Below the pieces are notes generated by a model. It saw only the letters and a program-made list of their open reading frames with translations. It made no database searches and was not told where the DNA came from. Positions 28,803 to 40,030 of a DNA stretch of 59,511 bases are shown here, piece by piece. The stretch's first letter is position 1, and each line of letters begins with the position of its first letter. The position numbers were made by a program, and so were the translations under genes. This stretch comes from Bacteroidota bacterium (lineage in GTDB: Bacteria > Bacteroidota > Bacteroidia > AKYH767-A > OLB10). The stretch is from contig CANFIN010000005.1 of NCBI GenBank assembly GCA_947447155.1, positions 1 through 59,511 on the forward strand, written 5' to 3'.

Positions 28803-29513
28803 GTGGATTCAATTATAAAAATCAATAATATTTCAAGAACCTATCAGGTAGGTGCTGAAAAAATTTATGCACTTCGTGATATTAGTTTAGAAATTTTCAA
28901 GAATGAATATGTTGCACTAATGGGTTCTTCTGGTTCTGGGAAATCTACCTTAATGAATGTTTTAGGATGTTTAGATACTCCATCCGGAGGAGAGTATTTT
29001 CTAAACAACATTAATGTAGCAAAAATGACGGATAATGAATTAGCTGAGATTAGAAACCGTCAAATAGGATTCGTATTTCAATCATTTAATTTATTACCAA
29101 GAAGCACCGCATTAGAAAATGTTGCCTTACCCTTAATTTACTCTGGCGTAAGTAAATCTGATCGCGAAGCAAGAGCCGCAGAAACATTAGCGAGTGTAGG
29201 CTTGAATGATCGTATGACACATAAACCAAATGAACTTTCAGGAGGGCAACGACAGCGTGTTGCTGTTGCGAGAGCATTAGTAACAAATCCGAGTATTATC
29301 CTTGCCGATGAACCAACAGGTAACCTCGACTCAAAGACATCCGAAGAGATCATGGAATTATTTGCGGAGATACATCGTAGAGGAAATACTGTCATTTTGG
29401 TTACCCACGAAGAAGATATTGCCCGACATGCTCATCGTATTGTGCGCTTAAAAGATGGCTTAGTAGAATCGGATGCTAAGAATCCCAATTTTAACAGTAA
29501 ACAATTAGCTTAA
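28803..29513 (+). CDS. ABC transporter ATP-binding protein (LolD/MacB-like), no adjacent permease
   Basis: [48 protein letters not shown] start. -7 TACCTTTG at 28779-28786. Confidence 0.92.
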   Translation: MDSIIKINNISRTYQVGAEKIYALRDISLEIFKNEYVALMGSSGSGKSTLMNVLGCLDTPSGGEYFLNNINVAKMTDNELAEIRNRQIGFVFQSFNLLPRSTALENVALPLIYSGVSKSDREARAAETLASVGLNDRMTHKPNELSGGQRQRVAVARALVTNPSIILADEPTGNLDSKTSEEIMELFAEIHRRGNTVILVTHEEDIARHAHRIVRLKDGLVESDAKNPNFNSKQLA

Positions 29514-29514
29514 A

Positions 29515-30063
29515 ATGAAAATATACACTAAGACAGGTGACCAAGGCGAAACATCCTTAATTGGTGGAACGCGAGTTCCCAAATATCATTTGCGTATTGA
29601 AACCTATGGAACAATTGACGAATTAAACTCGTGGATTGGATTAATCAGAGATCAAATGACTGATAATAGTCAAGTACAGGAATTACTTTACATACAGGAC
29701 CGATTGTTTACCATAGGTTCATTATTGGCTGCAGACCCTGAAAAAAGTAAGATGAAGCTTCCAACATTATCAATTGAAGATTGCGAGATACTTGAAAAGA
29801 CTATGGACCGTATGGATGAGGAACTTGAACCATTAAAATCGTTCGTACTACCTGGAGGCCACCCGCTTGTATCTCAAATTCATATTGCAAGATGTGTATG
29901 CAGAAGGGCTGAAAGGCTCATTGTTCATTTACAAAAAGAGGCTGAAACCGACCCAATAATTGCTATTTATCTGAATCGATTATCGGATTATTTATTCATG
30001 TTGTCACGCCTGACAGCTAAAAATCTTAATGCTGTGGAGAGTCCTTGGACCCCAAGATTATAA
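29515..30063 (+). CDS. pduO: ATP:cob(I)alamin adenosyltransferase, PduO type
   Basis: MKIYTKTGDQGET, YGTIDELNS, FVLPGG, ARCVCRRAER, YLNRLSDYLF. Confidence 0.93.
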   Translation: MKIYTKTGDQGETSLIGGTRVPKYHLRIETYGTIDELNSWIGLIRDQMTDNSQVQELLYIQDRLFTIGSLLAADPEKSKMKLPTLSIEDCEILEKTMDRMDEELEPLKSFVLPGGHPLVSQIHIARCVCRRAERLIVHLQKEAETDPIIAIYLNRLSDYLFMLSRLTAKNLNAVESPWTPRL

Positions 30064-30183
30064 AATACCCCTAAAAAATTTGTTTTTTTTAGATAAATCT
30101 TTTATTATTTTTGCACGCCCCTTAGAAAACGGGGGCAACATAAATATTTTATTGTCGTTTTAAAATTTATTAAATTTACAACT

Positions 30184-30405
30184 ATGTACTGGACCTTAGA
30201 ACTTGCTTCCCACTTAGAAGATGCCCCATGGCCTGCAACCAAGGATGAGCTGATCGATTATGCAATCCGTTCAGGAGCTCCTATGGAGGTAATAGAAAAC
30301 CTTCAGGAATTAGAAGACGAAGGTGAGCCATACGAAACTATTGAAGAAATATGGCCCGACTATCCAACTAAAGATGACTTCTTTTTTAATGAAGATGAAT
30401 ACTAA
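30184..30405 (+). CDS. DUF2795 small acidic protein
   Basis: MYWTLELASHLEDAPWPATKDELIDYAIRSGAP, a highly conserved Bacteroidota protein. Own -7 element TATTTTTG at 30106-30113. Confidence 0.92.
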   Translation: MYWTLELASHLEDAPWPATKDELIDYAIRSGAPMEVIENLQELEDEGEPYETIEEIWPDYPTKDDFFFNEDEY

Positions 30406-30406
30406 A

Positions 30407-30445
30407 TAAAAAAAACCTGTAGCACAAACTACAGGTTTTTTTTAT
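30407..30445. terminator. Bidirectional terminator (DUF2795/recQ)
   Basis: A-run CCTGTAG-cacaaa-CTACAGG T-run. Confidence 0.88.
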
Positions 30446-30460
30446 TGAAAGTACTTTGGA

Positions 30461-32659
30461 TTAATTTCCTACTTCACTTATAAACTTAATGCGCATTAAA
30501 CGAATTTCTTCTTCTGTATAATCATCTTCTCCTAGCTCATTAATTGCGTCCTCAACTGAATCAGTTTCTGCAGTTTTAAAATAATCAAAAACTTCATCCT
30601 GACGTTCTTCATCTATTAACTCGTTGATATAATAACCAATATCGATTTTAGTTCCCGAAGCAACGATTGATTCAAGTTCTGAAACAATATCCTTTACCTG
30701 TAATCCTTTTGCTTTTGCCATTCCTTCAAGCGATATCTTACGGTCGATATTCTGAATTAAATACACTTTTAATCCGCTTTTATTGACAACACTTTTTACT
30801 ACAATATCTACAGGGCGTTCAATCTCGTTATCCTCAACATACTTTTTGATTAACTCAATAAAAGGCTTTCCGTATTTACTTGCCTTACCAGTTCCAACAC
30901 CTGTGATGTTTTTCAATTCATCCATCGTGATTGGATAGTTGGTTGTCATTTCTTCTAAAGAAGGATCTTGAAAAACAACAAAAGGAGGCACGTTTAAATT
31001 CTTTGCTACGGTCTTACGCAAATTCTTTAACATTTCAAATAATTGCGTATCGGCTGCACCGCCACCACCAGCTCCTCCACCACCAAAATCTTCATCGTCA
31101 TCGCTCTCAGTATCTTCAAAACTTGTATCTAATGCGATTTTAAATGAAACAGGATTTTCAATAAACTCCTCTGCCTTATCACTGATTTTTAATAAGCCAT
31201 AATTATCAATATCCTTATGTAAAAACCCTGCTAATACAGCTTGTCGTATAAGGGTTGTCCAGAAACGATCACTTTGATCTGCTCCTTCTCCAAACACGTC
31301 TAGCTTATCATGCTTATACGTTTTCACTTGTTGATCTGCTACACCTAAAAGTACATTAACAAGATGTTCGCCCTGATGCTTTTCTTTTACTGCCTTAACT
31401 GATTCAATTAATAATATCAGTTCATCTTGTGCTTCTATCAATGGTTTTGGATGTAAACAATTATCACAATTTCCGCAATTTTCCTGCTCGTATTTTTCCC
31501 CGAAATAATTCAATAAAACTTTTCTTCTACATACAGAAGTTTCGGCATAACCTACAGTTTCCGTTAATAATTGCTTCCCAATTTCCTGTTCTGCAACAGG
31601 TTTGCCCTTCATGAACTTTTCTAACTTTTCAATGTCCTTGAAAGAATAAAAAGTTACACATTTACCTTCCCTTCCATCGCGACCTGCGCGACCTGTTTCT
31701 TGATAATAGCCCTCTAAACTTTTTGGAATATCATGATGTATTACAAACCTAACATCTGGTTTATCGATACCCATTCCAAATGCAATAGTTGCTACAATGA
31801 CATCGGCTTCTTCCATCAAAAATTTATCTTGATGAGTAGCACGCGTGCCAGGATCCAAACCTGCATGATAAGGTAATGCTCGTATTCCATTAACTGTAAG
31901 TGTTTCTGCCACCTCTTCTACTTTCTTTCTGCTCAAACAATAAATCACACCCGACTTCCCTACATTCTGCTTTACAAACTTGATAATTTCCTTCAGTACA
32001 TTTTGCTTAGGACGAATTTCATAATACAAATTAGCACGGTTAAATGATGCTTTAAACAAAGCAGCATCCATCATCCCAAGATTTTTTTGAATATCTCCTT
32101 GTACTTTTTCCGTTGCTGTTGCTGTTAAGGCAATGATTGGAACTTTACCAATTTCGTCTATAATTGGTCGTAAGCGACGATATTCAGGACGAAAATCATG
32201 TCCCCATTCTGAAATACAATGAGCTTCATCAATTGCAAAAAAAGAAATATTAACTTCTTTCAAGAACTTGATATTCTCTTCTTTAGTTAATGATTCAGGA
32301 GCAACATAAAGCAATTTGGTCTTACCTGCTTTAATATCACTTCTTACAACCTGGATTTCCGTTTTTGTCAGCGATGAATTTAAAAAATGCGCAATGCCCT
32401 CTTCCGTATTAAATCCACGAATTGCATCCACTTGATTTTTCATCAATGCAATTAATGGTGAAATTACAATGGCAGTTCCCTCACTCATTAAAGCAGGCAA
32501 CTGATAACACATCGATTTACCACCTCCGGTGGGCATAATTACAAAAGTGTTGTTTCCATCAAGAACATTTCGAATAATTTGTTCTTGTTCACCTTTGAAT
32601 TGATCGTATCCAAAATATTTATTTAACGCTTCCTGGAGCGTTGATTCAGCCAATAACAT
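30461..32659 (-). CDS. recQ: ATP-dependent DNA helicase RecQ
   Basis: MPTGGGKS, DEAHCISEWGHDFRP, ATIAFGMGIDK, YYQETGRAGRDG, RQC Cys cluster, HRDC domain. -7 TAAATTTG at 32685-32692. Confidence 0.97.
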   Translation of the reverse strand: MLLAESTLQEALNKYFGYDQFKGEQEQIIRNVLDGNNTFVIMPTGGGKSMCYQLPALMSEGTAIVISPLIALMKNQVDAIRGFNTEEGIAHFLNSSLTKTEIQVVRSDIKAGKTKLLYVAPESLTKEENIKFLKEVNISFFAIDEAHCISEWGHDFRPEYRRLRPIIDEIGKVPIIALTATATEKVQGDIQKNLGMMDAALFKASFNRANLYYEIRPKQNVLKEIIKFVKQNVGKSGVIYCLSRKKVEEVAETLTVNGIRALPYHAGLDPGTRATHQDKFLMEEADVIVATIAFGMGIDKPDVRFVIHHDIPKSLEGYYQETGRAGRDGREGKCVTFYSFKDIEKLEKFMKGKPVAEQEIGKQLLTETVGYAETSVCRRKVLLNYFGEKYEQENCGNCDNCLHPKPLIEAQDELILLIESVKAVKEKHQGEHLVNVLLGVADQQVKTYKHDKLDVFGEGADQSDRFWTTLIRQAVLAGFLHKDIDNYGLLKISDKAEEFIENPVSFKIALDTSFEDTESDDDEDFGGGGAGGGGAADTQLFEMLKNLRKTVAKNLNVPPFVVFQDPSLEEMTTNYPITMDELKNITGVGTGKASKYGKPFIELIKKYVEDNEIERPVDIVVKSVVNKSGLKVYLIQNIDRKISLEGMAKAKGLQVKDIVSELESIVASGTKIDIGYYINELIDEERQDEVFDYFKTAETDSVEDAINELGEDDYTEEEIRLMRIKFISEVGN

Positions 32660-32852
32660 TATCTAGTAGAAAATTAAAGGACAACAAATTTAACCTATTT
32701 TTGTCTTTCGGTTGGTAAATTTTTATCTTTCAACTAATGAATTATAAACAAATACTCCGCTTGCGTGAAGATACATTAAAAAACAAAAAAAACAAATAAA
32801 GTTCAGTTTAAATAATAAAATACTTTTGCAGCAGTAATACAAATCTAAACAC

Positions 32853-33818
32853 ATGATTTCCGACCAAAAAATTTTAGCATCAGCTCGTAAAACAATCGAT
32901 ATTGAATCAAAGTCTATTGTTGATTTGAAAAAGCAAATTGATTCGGATTTTGTTGAAGTTGTGAAAAAAGTTGTGGCTTCCAAAGGAAGAGTTGTGATAA
33001 GCGGAATCGGCAAAAGCGCAATCATTGCTAACAAAATGGTAGCAACATTTAACTCAACAGGCACGCCTTCTCTTTTTATGCATGCTGCTGACGCTATCCA
33101 TGGTGATCTTGGAATGATTCAAAAAAATGATATCGTCATATTAATTTCAAACAGCGGCACTACACCAGAAATAAAAGTATTAGCACCATTAATTAAAAAT
33201 GGAGGAAATATTCTTGTTGCTATGGTTGGAAAGAAGAATTCTGATTTAGCTCGTCATGCAGATTTTATTCTAAATACTGCTGTTAAGCAAGAAGCTTGTC
33301 CGCATAACTTAGCTCCAACAAGTTCCACCACCGCACAACTAGCAATGGGTGATGCACTTGCAGTTTGCTTGCTAGAAGCAAGAGGATTTACAAGTAAAGA
33401 TTTTGCAAAGTATCATCCGGGAGGAGCTTTAGGTAAAAAACTTTATTTAAAAGTTTCTGACTTGTGGTCAAACAATCCAAAACCAATTGTTGCACCGAAC
33501 GCTCCTATTACAGAAGTTATTTTGGAAATTACTTCTAAGCGATTAGGATGTACTGCTGTAGTTGAGAAAAACAAATTGTTAGGAATAATTACTGATGGCG
33601 ATCTAAGAAGAATGATGCAGCAAAAAGGGAAGTTTGAAACACTTACTGCAAAAGACATCATGAATAAAAAGCCAAAGCAAATAGAAAGCGAAACAATGGC
33701 AATTGAAGCACTCGATGTTATGAAATCGTTTAATATTACTCAGCTTGTAGTAACTGAAAAGAAAAAATTTGTAGGATTTATTCACCTGCATGATTTATTA
33801 AAAGAAGGTATTATCTAA
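32853..33818 (+). CDS. kdsD: KpsF/GutQ family arabinose-5-phosphate isomerase (SIS + CBS)
   Basis: GIGKSA, HGDLG, EACPHNLAPTSSTT, HPGGALG, GIITDGDLRR. -7 TACTTTTG at 32821-32828. Confidence 0.93.
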   Translation: MISDQKILASARKTIDIESKSIVDLKKQIDSDFVEVVKKVVASKGRVVISGIGKSAIIANKMVATFNSTGTPSLFMHAADAIHGDLGMIQKNDIVILISNSGTTPEIKVLAPLIKNGGNILVAMVGKKNSDLARHADFILNTAVKQEACPHNLAPTSSTTAQLAMGDALAVCLLEARGFTSKDFAKYHPGGALGKKLYLKVSDLWSNNPKPIVAPNAPITEVILEITSKRLGCTAVVEKNKLLGIITDGDLRRMMQQKGKFETLTAKDIMNKKPKQIESETMAIEALDVMKSFNITQLVVTEKKKFVGFIHLHDLLKEGII

Positions 33819-33821
33819 TTT

Positions 33822-34646
33822 ATGTTATTAAAAAAAAGAGACCCTAATTATGACATGACCTTCCTTGATCACCTCGAGGCTTTGAGATGGCATGTTGTGC
33901 GTTCAGTTATTGTAATTTGCCTTTTAGGTTTTGTTGCATTCTTTAATAAAGAATTAATTTTTGATGGAATTATTCTAGCTCCAAAAAATGCAGACTTCTG
34001 GACTTATAGAATGATGTGCTTACTAGGTCAGAAATTAAATGTTGATATGTGTATCACACAAATTGATTTTTCCGTAATTAATTTAGATATAAGCGGACAA
34101 TTTACAACGCATATGTGGGTTGCTTTCGTTGCTGGTTGTGTGCTAGGTTTTCCATATCTCGTCTGGGAAATATGGAGATTTATTAGTCCTGCGTTATCAG
34201 AAAGAGAAATTAAATACTCACGCGGAATCGTTTTTTTTACCTCTGCCCTCTTTTTAATAGGAATTCTATTCGGTTATTATATCATTTCGCCTTTATCAAT
34301 TAACTTTTTAGGAAGTTATCATGTAAGTGAAGAAATACGAAATCAAATTAGCATGGATTCGTATATTAATATTGTAACTGTCATGACGCTTTCTTCAGGA
34401 TTAGTTTTTGAATTGCCGATGATTATTTATTTTTTAAGTAAGATTGGAATAATGTCGCCTGCATTTATGCGTAAGTATCGAAAGCATGCAATGATTGTTA
34501 ACTTAATAATTGCAGCAGTAATCACGCCTTCTCCTGACGTAACCAGTCAGATGCTAGTTGCAATACCATTATTTTTACTCTACGAAATAAGCATATTTGT
34601 TTCGGCAGCAGTAGAAAGAAACAAAAACAAAAATTCAATCGCATAA
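33822..34646 (+). CDS. tatC: Twin-arginine translocase subunit TatC
   Basis: MTFLDHLEALRW, WRFISPAL, FELP, AAVITPSPD, PLFLLYEISI. Confidence 0.96.
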   Translation: MLLKKRDPNYDMTFLDHLEALRWHVVRSVIVICLLGFVAFFNKELIFDGIILAPKNADFWTYRMMCLLGQKLNVDMCITQIDFSVINLDISGQFTTHMWVAFVAGCVLGFPYLVWEIWRFISPALSEREIKYSRGIVFFTSALFLIGILFGYYIISPLSINFLGSYHVSEEIRNQISMDSYINIVTVMTLSSGLVFELPMIIYFLSKIGIMSPAFMRKYRKHAMIVNLIIAAVITPSPDVTSQMLVAIPLFLLYEISIFVSAAVERNKNKNSIA

Positions 34647-34649
34647 ACC

Positions 34650-35003
34650 ATGAGTTTAGAAAATGACTTTAATGATTACAGAGCTAAAATGAATGAAAAA
34701 ATTTTAGCGCAGGGTGATACAAACATGAAAAGACTGTATGCATTGGATGCATCAACTTATCAAAATGGTGCATTGTCAGTAAAAACAAAAGAAATGCTCG
34801 GATTAGTTTCCTCTATGGTTTTGCGCTGCGATGATTGTATAAAATATCATTTAGGAAAGTGTAAAGAAGAAGGACTAACAACAGAAGAATTATTTGAAAT
34901 ATTTACAGTAGCTAATTTGGTTGGAGGAACAATTGTTATTCCTCATACTCGAAGAGCTTTAGAATATTGGGAGAGTTTATCGAATGAAAATCAAGTTAAA
35001 TAG
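34650..35003 (+). CDS. Carboxymuconolactone decarboxylase/AhpD-like protein
   Basis: GALSVKTKEMLGLV...RCDDCIKYH...VGGTIVIPH. Confidence 0.88.
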   Translation: MSLENDFNDYRAKMNEKILAQGDTNMKRLYALDASTYQNGALSVKTKEMLGLVSSMVLRCDDCIKYHLGKCKEEGLTTEELFEIFTVANLVGGTIVIPHTRRALEYWESLSNENQVK

Positions 35004-37464
35004 AACAACTACTTTTTTAAAAACATTCATCACATTAATTTTTCTGCCATGCATTTCATTTGCTCAGCAAACTGTAATCAACGGGAAAGTAACAGATGAA
35101 CTAACGAACGAGGCTATACCTTTTGCAACTATTATTTTTAAAGGCAGCAACTCAGGGACAAATACGGACTTTCAAGGAAACTACCGTCTGACATCAAGTA
35201 CACCAACAGATTCGATCCTTTGCACGTTGATAGGATACAAGCCTGTTGTAATGAAAATCAAAAAGGGAGAAACTCAATCAATAAATATTGTTTTATCAAC
35301 TAACCAAATAGAATTTCAAGAAGTAATAATTCGTCCGGGAGAAAACCCTGCGTTACAAATTATACGAAATATTATTGAACATAAACCTGAAAATGACCCT
35401 TCTAAATTAAGCACTTATCAATTTGAAGTTTATAATAAATTAGAATTCGATATTACTAATATCAATGATAAATTAAAAAATAAAAAAATACTTAAACCAT
35501 TTAATTTTATTTGGGATAATATTGATAGTAGTGAAACAAACAGTAAACCATTCCTGCCCTTTTTTATTTCCGAATCTTTGTCTGATGTTTATTTCAAAAG
35601 CAATCCGAAAGACAAAAGAGAAATTATCAAAGCAAGTAAAATATCAGGATTAGAAAATGCAACTGTAACACAGTTTCTAGGTGATATGTATCAGAAAATA
35701 GATATCTATGAAAACTTTATTGATTTGTTTGGAAAAAGTTTTATTAGTCCTACTTCAAATATTGGAACCCTTTACTACAAATACTATTTGCTTGATAGTA
35801 CTTTCATTGACAGTAAATGGTGTTATAAAATAAAGTTCAGGCCAAGGCGCCCAGAAGATTTAACATTTCTTGGAGAGTTATGGGTGAACGATAGTACTTG
35901 GGCAATTAAAAAAATCGACATGCGTATTTCAGCCAAAGCCAATATCAATTGGGTAGAAGACATGGCCATTGTTCAGGAATATACTTACTTCAATAATCAG
36001 CAATGGATGTTATCGAAAGATAAATTAGTTGTTGACTTTGCTGCAAAAGATGAGGGAACAGGATTTATTGGACGTAAAACAACATCGTATCGTAATTTCC
36101 ATATCAATGAACATCCTATTGATTCCATTTTTAAAGGTGGAGAAAATATAATAGTAAAAGCCGATGCTTCGGCAAAATCAACAGCGTTCTGGGACAATAG
36201 TAGGCATGATAGTTTATCAAATCGTGAATTGCAGATTTATCACATGGTTGATACAATTAAAACACTTCCTGCTTTTCAAACCTATGTTGATTTAATAACT
36301 TTATTTTTTACTGGATACAAAGACATCGGAAAAATTGAACTAGGTCCGTATTACACATTTTATAGTTTTAACAAAATAGAAGGCAACCGATTTAGAATTG
36401 GTGCGAGAACAAGTGATGATTTTAGCACCAAACTACAGTTAGATGGTTATGTTGCTTATGGTTTAAAAGACGAGCGATTTAAATATGGTGGTGGTATCAA
36501 ATATAAAATCAATGATAAACCACGACAGTTTATTGGAGTCAATTATAAAAACGATGTACAACAATTAGGGCAAAGTGATAATGCATTTCAGGAAGACAAT
36601 GTATTGTCATCTCTATTTCGGAGAAACCCTGCCAACAGATTAAATAATATCGAGATTCATAAAGCCTGGTATGAAATAGAATGGGGCCCTGGATTATCAA
36701 ATAGAATTACTTATCAGCATTCAGCATTCAAGCCTCTTGGCGATTTGAACATCAATTACTATTATAATAACGATACTGCGGATATACGAAACAGTTATGA
36801 GACTACTGAATTGAATTTGTATTTCCGTTTTGCCTATAGAGAAAAATTTGTTTCAGGCAAAATAGATCGAGTAAGCTTAGGATCTGATTATCCAATTTTA
36901 CAGGTTAACTATACACAAGGATTAAAAGATGTAGAACATGGATTATTTAACTATCAAAAAATAAATGCGAAAGTTGATGACTTGTTACGACTTGCACCAT
37001 TCGGATATGCCTATTGGGCGTTAACAGCAGGAAGAGTTTGGGGTAAAGTACCATACCCATTATTAGAGATGCATCCAGGAAATGAAACTTATTTTTATGA
37101 TTATGCTTCCTTTAATTTGATGAACTATTTTGAATTTGTAAGCGATTATTATTTAACAGGAACAGCGGTGCAACATTTCGATGGATTCTTCTTTAATAAA
37201 ATACCTTTAATGCGTAAGCTACAATGGCGAGAAATCGCTCAGGTAAAAGCAGTTTGGGGCGGTATCAACCAAAGGAATCTGGATATTTTAGAAAACAAAA
37301 AAGCATTTACCACCCTACGAGCTAAGCCATATGTTGAAGTTGGTGCTGGAGTAGAGAATATCTTTAAAATATTACGGGTTGATTTTATCTGGCGCTTAGC
37401 TTATTTAGAAAATGAAAACATTTCTAATTATGGAATTCGTGCTAGTTTACAATTAACTTTCTAA
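34984..37464 (+). CDS. Outer-membrane protein with N-terminal carboxypeptidase-regulatory-like domain (DUF5686 type)
   Basis: Signal peptide; [15 protein letters not shown]...[10 protein letters not shown]; ENPA..II; C-terminal [19 protein letters not shown]...TF. Confidence 0.85.
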   Translation: MKIKLNRTTTFLKTFITLIFLPCISFAQQTVINGKVTDELTNEAIPFATIIFKGSNSGTNTDFQGNYRLTSSTPTDSILCTLIGYKPVVMKIKKGETQSINIVLSTNQIEFQEVIIRPGENPALQIIRNIIEHKPENDPSKLSTYQFEVYNKLEFDITNINDKLKNKKILKPFNFIWDNIDSSETNSKPFLPFFISESLSDVYFKSNPKDKREIIKASKISGLENATVTQFLGDMYQKIDIYENFIDLFGKSFISPTSNIGTLYYKYYLLDSTFIDSKWCYKIKFRPRRPEDLTFLGELWVNDSTWAIKKIDMRISAKANINWVEDMAIVQEYTYFNNQQWMLSKDKLVVDFAAKDEGTGFIGRKTTSYRNFHINEHPIDSIFKGGENIIVKADASAKSTAFWDNSRHDSLSNRELQIYHMVDTIKTLPAFQTYVDLITLFFTGYKDIGKIELGPYYTFYSFNKIEGNRFRIGARTSDDFSTKLQLDGYVAYGLKDERFKYGGGIKYKINDKPRQFIGVNYKNDVQQLGQSDNAFQEDNVLSSLFRRNPANRLNNIEIHKAWYEIEWGPGLSNRITYQHSAFKPLGDLNINYYYNNDTADIRNSYETTELNLYFRFAYREKFVSGKIDRVSLGSDYPILQVNYTQGLKDVEHGLFNYQKINAKVDDLLRLAPFGYAYWALTAGRVWGKVPYPLLEMHPGNETYFYDYASFNLMNYFEFVSDYYLTGTAVQHFDGFFFNKIPLMRKLQWREIAQVKAVWGGINQRNLDILENKKAFTTLRAKPYVEVGAGVENIFKILRVDFIWRLAYLENENISNYGIRASLQLTF

Positions 37465-37474
37465 TTTTACATTC

Positions 37475-38200
37475 ATGCAAACACTTCGCACCGATAATTT
37501 AATCAAACGCTACAAGGGCAGAACCGTTGTAAATAACGTTTCTATTCAAGTTAGACAAGGTGAAATTGTAGGACTTCTTGGACCAAATGGCGCTGGAAAA
37601 ACAACTACCTTTTACATGACAGTTGGATTAATTAAACCAAATGAGGGAAAAATATTCTTAGAAAATACTGATATAACGCTAGAGCCTATGTATAAAAGAG
37701 CTCAAATGGGTATTGGCTATCTTGCTCAGGAAGCATCTGTTTTTCGAAAATTAAGTGTTGAAGATAATATCAAAGCTGTTTTAGAAATGACCCAGAAAAG
37801 TCAGGAAGAACAAAAAGAAAAGTTAGAAATTTTACTTGAAGAATTTAGCTTACAAAAAATACGGAAAAGTCGCGGTGAAGTTTTATCCGGTGGCGAAAGA
37901 AGAAGAACTGAAATTGCACGAGCTCTAGCAGTGGACCCTAAATTTATTTTGCTTGACGAACCCTTTGCTGGTGTTGACCCAATCGCGGTAGAAGATATTC
38001 AAGGAATAGTTTACAAGTTAAAAGAAAAGAATATCGGCATCTTAATTACCGACCACAACGTACACGAAACATTAACAATTACCGACAGATCTTATTTATT
38101 ATTTGAAGGTAAAATTTTAAAAGAAGGTACAGCGAGAGAGTTAGCAGAAGACGAGACAGTAAGAAGAGTTTATCTCGGACAAAATTTCGAATTGCGTTAA
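37475..38200 (+). CDS. lptB: LPS export ABC transporter ATP-binding protein LptB
   Basis: [62 protein letters not shown]. Confidence 0.96.
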   Translation: MQTLRTDNLIKRYKGRTVVNNVSIQVRQGEIVGLLGPNGAGKTTTFYMTVGLIKPNEGKIFLENTDITLEPMYKRAQMGIGYLAQEASVFRKLSVEDNIKAVLEMTQKSQEEQKEKLEILLEEFSLQKIRKSRGEVLSGGERRRTEIARALAVDPKFILLDEPFAGVDPIAVEDIQGIVYKLKEKNIGILITDHNVHETLTITDRSYLLFEGKILKEGTARELAEDETVRRVYLGQNFELR

Positions 38201-38204
38201 GCAA

Positions 38205-39884
38205 TTATTTTTTCTTGCCGATTATTTTATAATCGCCTTCGCCATTTAAAATACTATTGTAAAGCGTTGCATTAGAAATTGTATATAGCGCTTGCAATAA
38301 TACAGGATCGTTTTTCATCATAAAACGGTTCTTCCCACTCTGAAAATAATAACGGCCAACAATTTCCTTTTCAATCAAGGATTTGATTTCTTCTTTTGCG
38401 TTTATCAAATCTGCCTTGCGATCGTGTTTTATTTTATTGCCTAAAAAATCAATTTCTTTATTAGCACTTGCATAATATTTATCATGCTTACTGGTCTCTA
38501 ACAAATCATTAAATGCTAATTCCGTTTGAGTACTGTAATCGAAATTTTTTGCGAGTACGAAATTCACAAAATCATTATAATCTGCATCTGAAAATTTAAA
38601 ATCACCTAATGAATCAATTGCAGTATGCTTAGTTCGGTAATATGAAGCATAATCAAATATCACCATTTTGTGATAAAGACTTTTTGTGATATTACTAGTA
38701 TCCTTTAAGCTAACAAACACATCAGGATAAACAGCGCTACCATCAAATACAGTCCGACCATTTTTAGTTTTAAATGGTTTGATTGATGAATCCGCTACTT
38801 CTTCAAATGCAGAAGTTTCTGAAGAAGTATGCGTATATATTTTTGTTTGCACACAACGGCCACTTGCAGTATAATACTTCGCAACAGTTAATTTCATCTG
38901 GCAGTTAAAAGTAAGCGGGCGTGTTTGCTGCACTAATCCTTTACCATAACTACGCTGACCAACTACAACTCCTCTGTCAACATCCTGAAAATTTCCGGCG
39001 GTGATCTCGCTTGCCGATGCAGAGTTTTTATCGACTAACACTGCAATGCGCAATTCAGGTGCAATAGGATCAGCTTCTGCTTTATATACATTGTTAGAAC
39101 CTGTTATACGTCCTTTTTGTGTTACCAGCAACTGCCCTTTCTGAATAAACAAATTCAATATTCTAACAGACTCTTCGAGTAAGCCACCACCATTTCCTCG
39201 CAAATCAAAAACAAGTTGAGTCATCTTTGGATTCTTTTGAAGATCCACTAAGGCTTCGCGAGTTTCGCTATAACAATCCTGTAAGAATTTATCGAGTTTA
39301 ATATAGCCCGTAGAATCATTTATCATTCCGTAGTAAGAAATATTTTTTACTTTTATTTCTTCACGCGTAATTGTTTTCTCAATTGTCTTCGACTCACCTG
39401 TTCGTCCGAGTAATAAAGTAATAGAAGTACCGCTCTGTCCTTTCATCAGACCATCAATTTCATCACCAGAAAGTCCTTTTAACGATTTACCATTAGCTGA
39501 AAGAATAACATCACCTGCACGCACATCCGCTTTTTGCGCTGCATAACCTTCATAAACATCATACACAAAAACACTATCCCCTATACGCAAAGAAGAAATT
39601 CCTATTCCACCATAATCGGCACTGACATGCTCAATTTTATAATCCTCTATTTCTGACTCAGTATAAAAATTCGTGTAAGGATCCAATGTGCGTAACATAG
39701 CATCAACACCCGTTTTAAAAAGCTTCCCTGGATTGATATCATCCACATAATAGGTGTTTACTTCACGGTAAACACTTGCAAAAATTTCCAGTTGTTTACT
39801 TACCTGAAAGTAGTCGGCGGTAAAGCTCCATAAAACAAAAGCTATTGGCAGTATGATAAGGGTATAGACTATTTTTCTTCTCAC
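38205..39884 (-). CDS. S41 family C-terminal processing peptidase with PDZ domain
   Basis: LDPYT, PDZ, FDLRGNGGG, SASASEI, GKGLVQ, LTVAKYYTASGR. GTG start. -7 TATCTTTG at 39912-39919. Confidence 0.92.
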   Translation of the reverse strand: MRRKIVYTLIILPIAFVLWSFTADYFQVSKQLEIFASVYREVNTYYVDDINPGKLFKTGVDAMLRTLDPYTNFYTESEIEDYKIEHVSADYGGIGISSLRIGDSVFVYDVYEGYAAQKADVRAGDVILSANGKSLKGLSGDEIDGLMKGQSGTSITLLLGRTGESKTIEKTITREEIKVKNISYYGMINDSTGYIKLDKFLQDCYSETREALVDLQKNPKMTQLVFDLRGNGGGLLEESVRILNLFIQKGQLLVTQKGRITGSNNVYKAEADPIAPELRIAVLVDKNSASASEITAGNFQDVDRGVVVGQRSYGKGLVQQTRPLTFNCQMKLTVAKYYTASGRCVQTKIYTHTSSETSAFEEVADSSIKPFKTKNGRTVFDGSAVYPDVFVSLKDTSNITKSLYHKMVIFDYASYYRTKHTAIDSLGDFKFSDADYNDFVNFVLAKNFDYSTQTELAFNDLLETSKHDKYYASANKEIDFLGNKIKHDRKADLINAKEEIKSLIEKEIVGRYYFQSGKNRFMMKNDPVLLQALYTISNATLYNSILNGEGDYKIIGKKK

Positions 39885-39974
39885 GTTAAACAGAATCTTT
39901 TATTAGTAATTCAAAGATAATTTTCTTTACATAACGAGATTAAACTGATAAAATTATTAATCAACATTTATAAA

Positions 39975-40009
39975 AAACAAAAGCCACCTTAAAAACAAGA
40001 GTGGCTTTT
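39975..40009 (-). terminator. Terminator after the ECF sigma gene
   Basis: AAAAGCCAC...GTGGCTTTT with an upstream A run (a T tail on the minus strand). Confidence 0.7.
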
Positions 40010-40030
40010 AACTAAAACTAACCAATAAAT

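Noticed and set aside
31050-31120. Acidic/poly-Gly tract in RecQ (DDDEDFGGGGAGGGG)
   Set aside because: An in-frame flexible linker before the HRDC domain; no sign of a phase-variable repeat.
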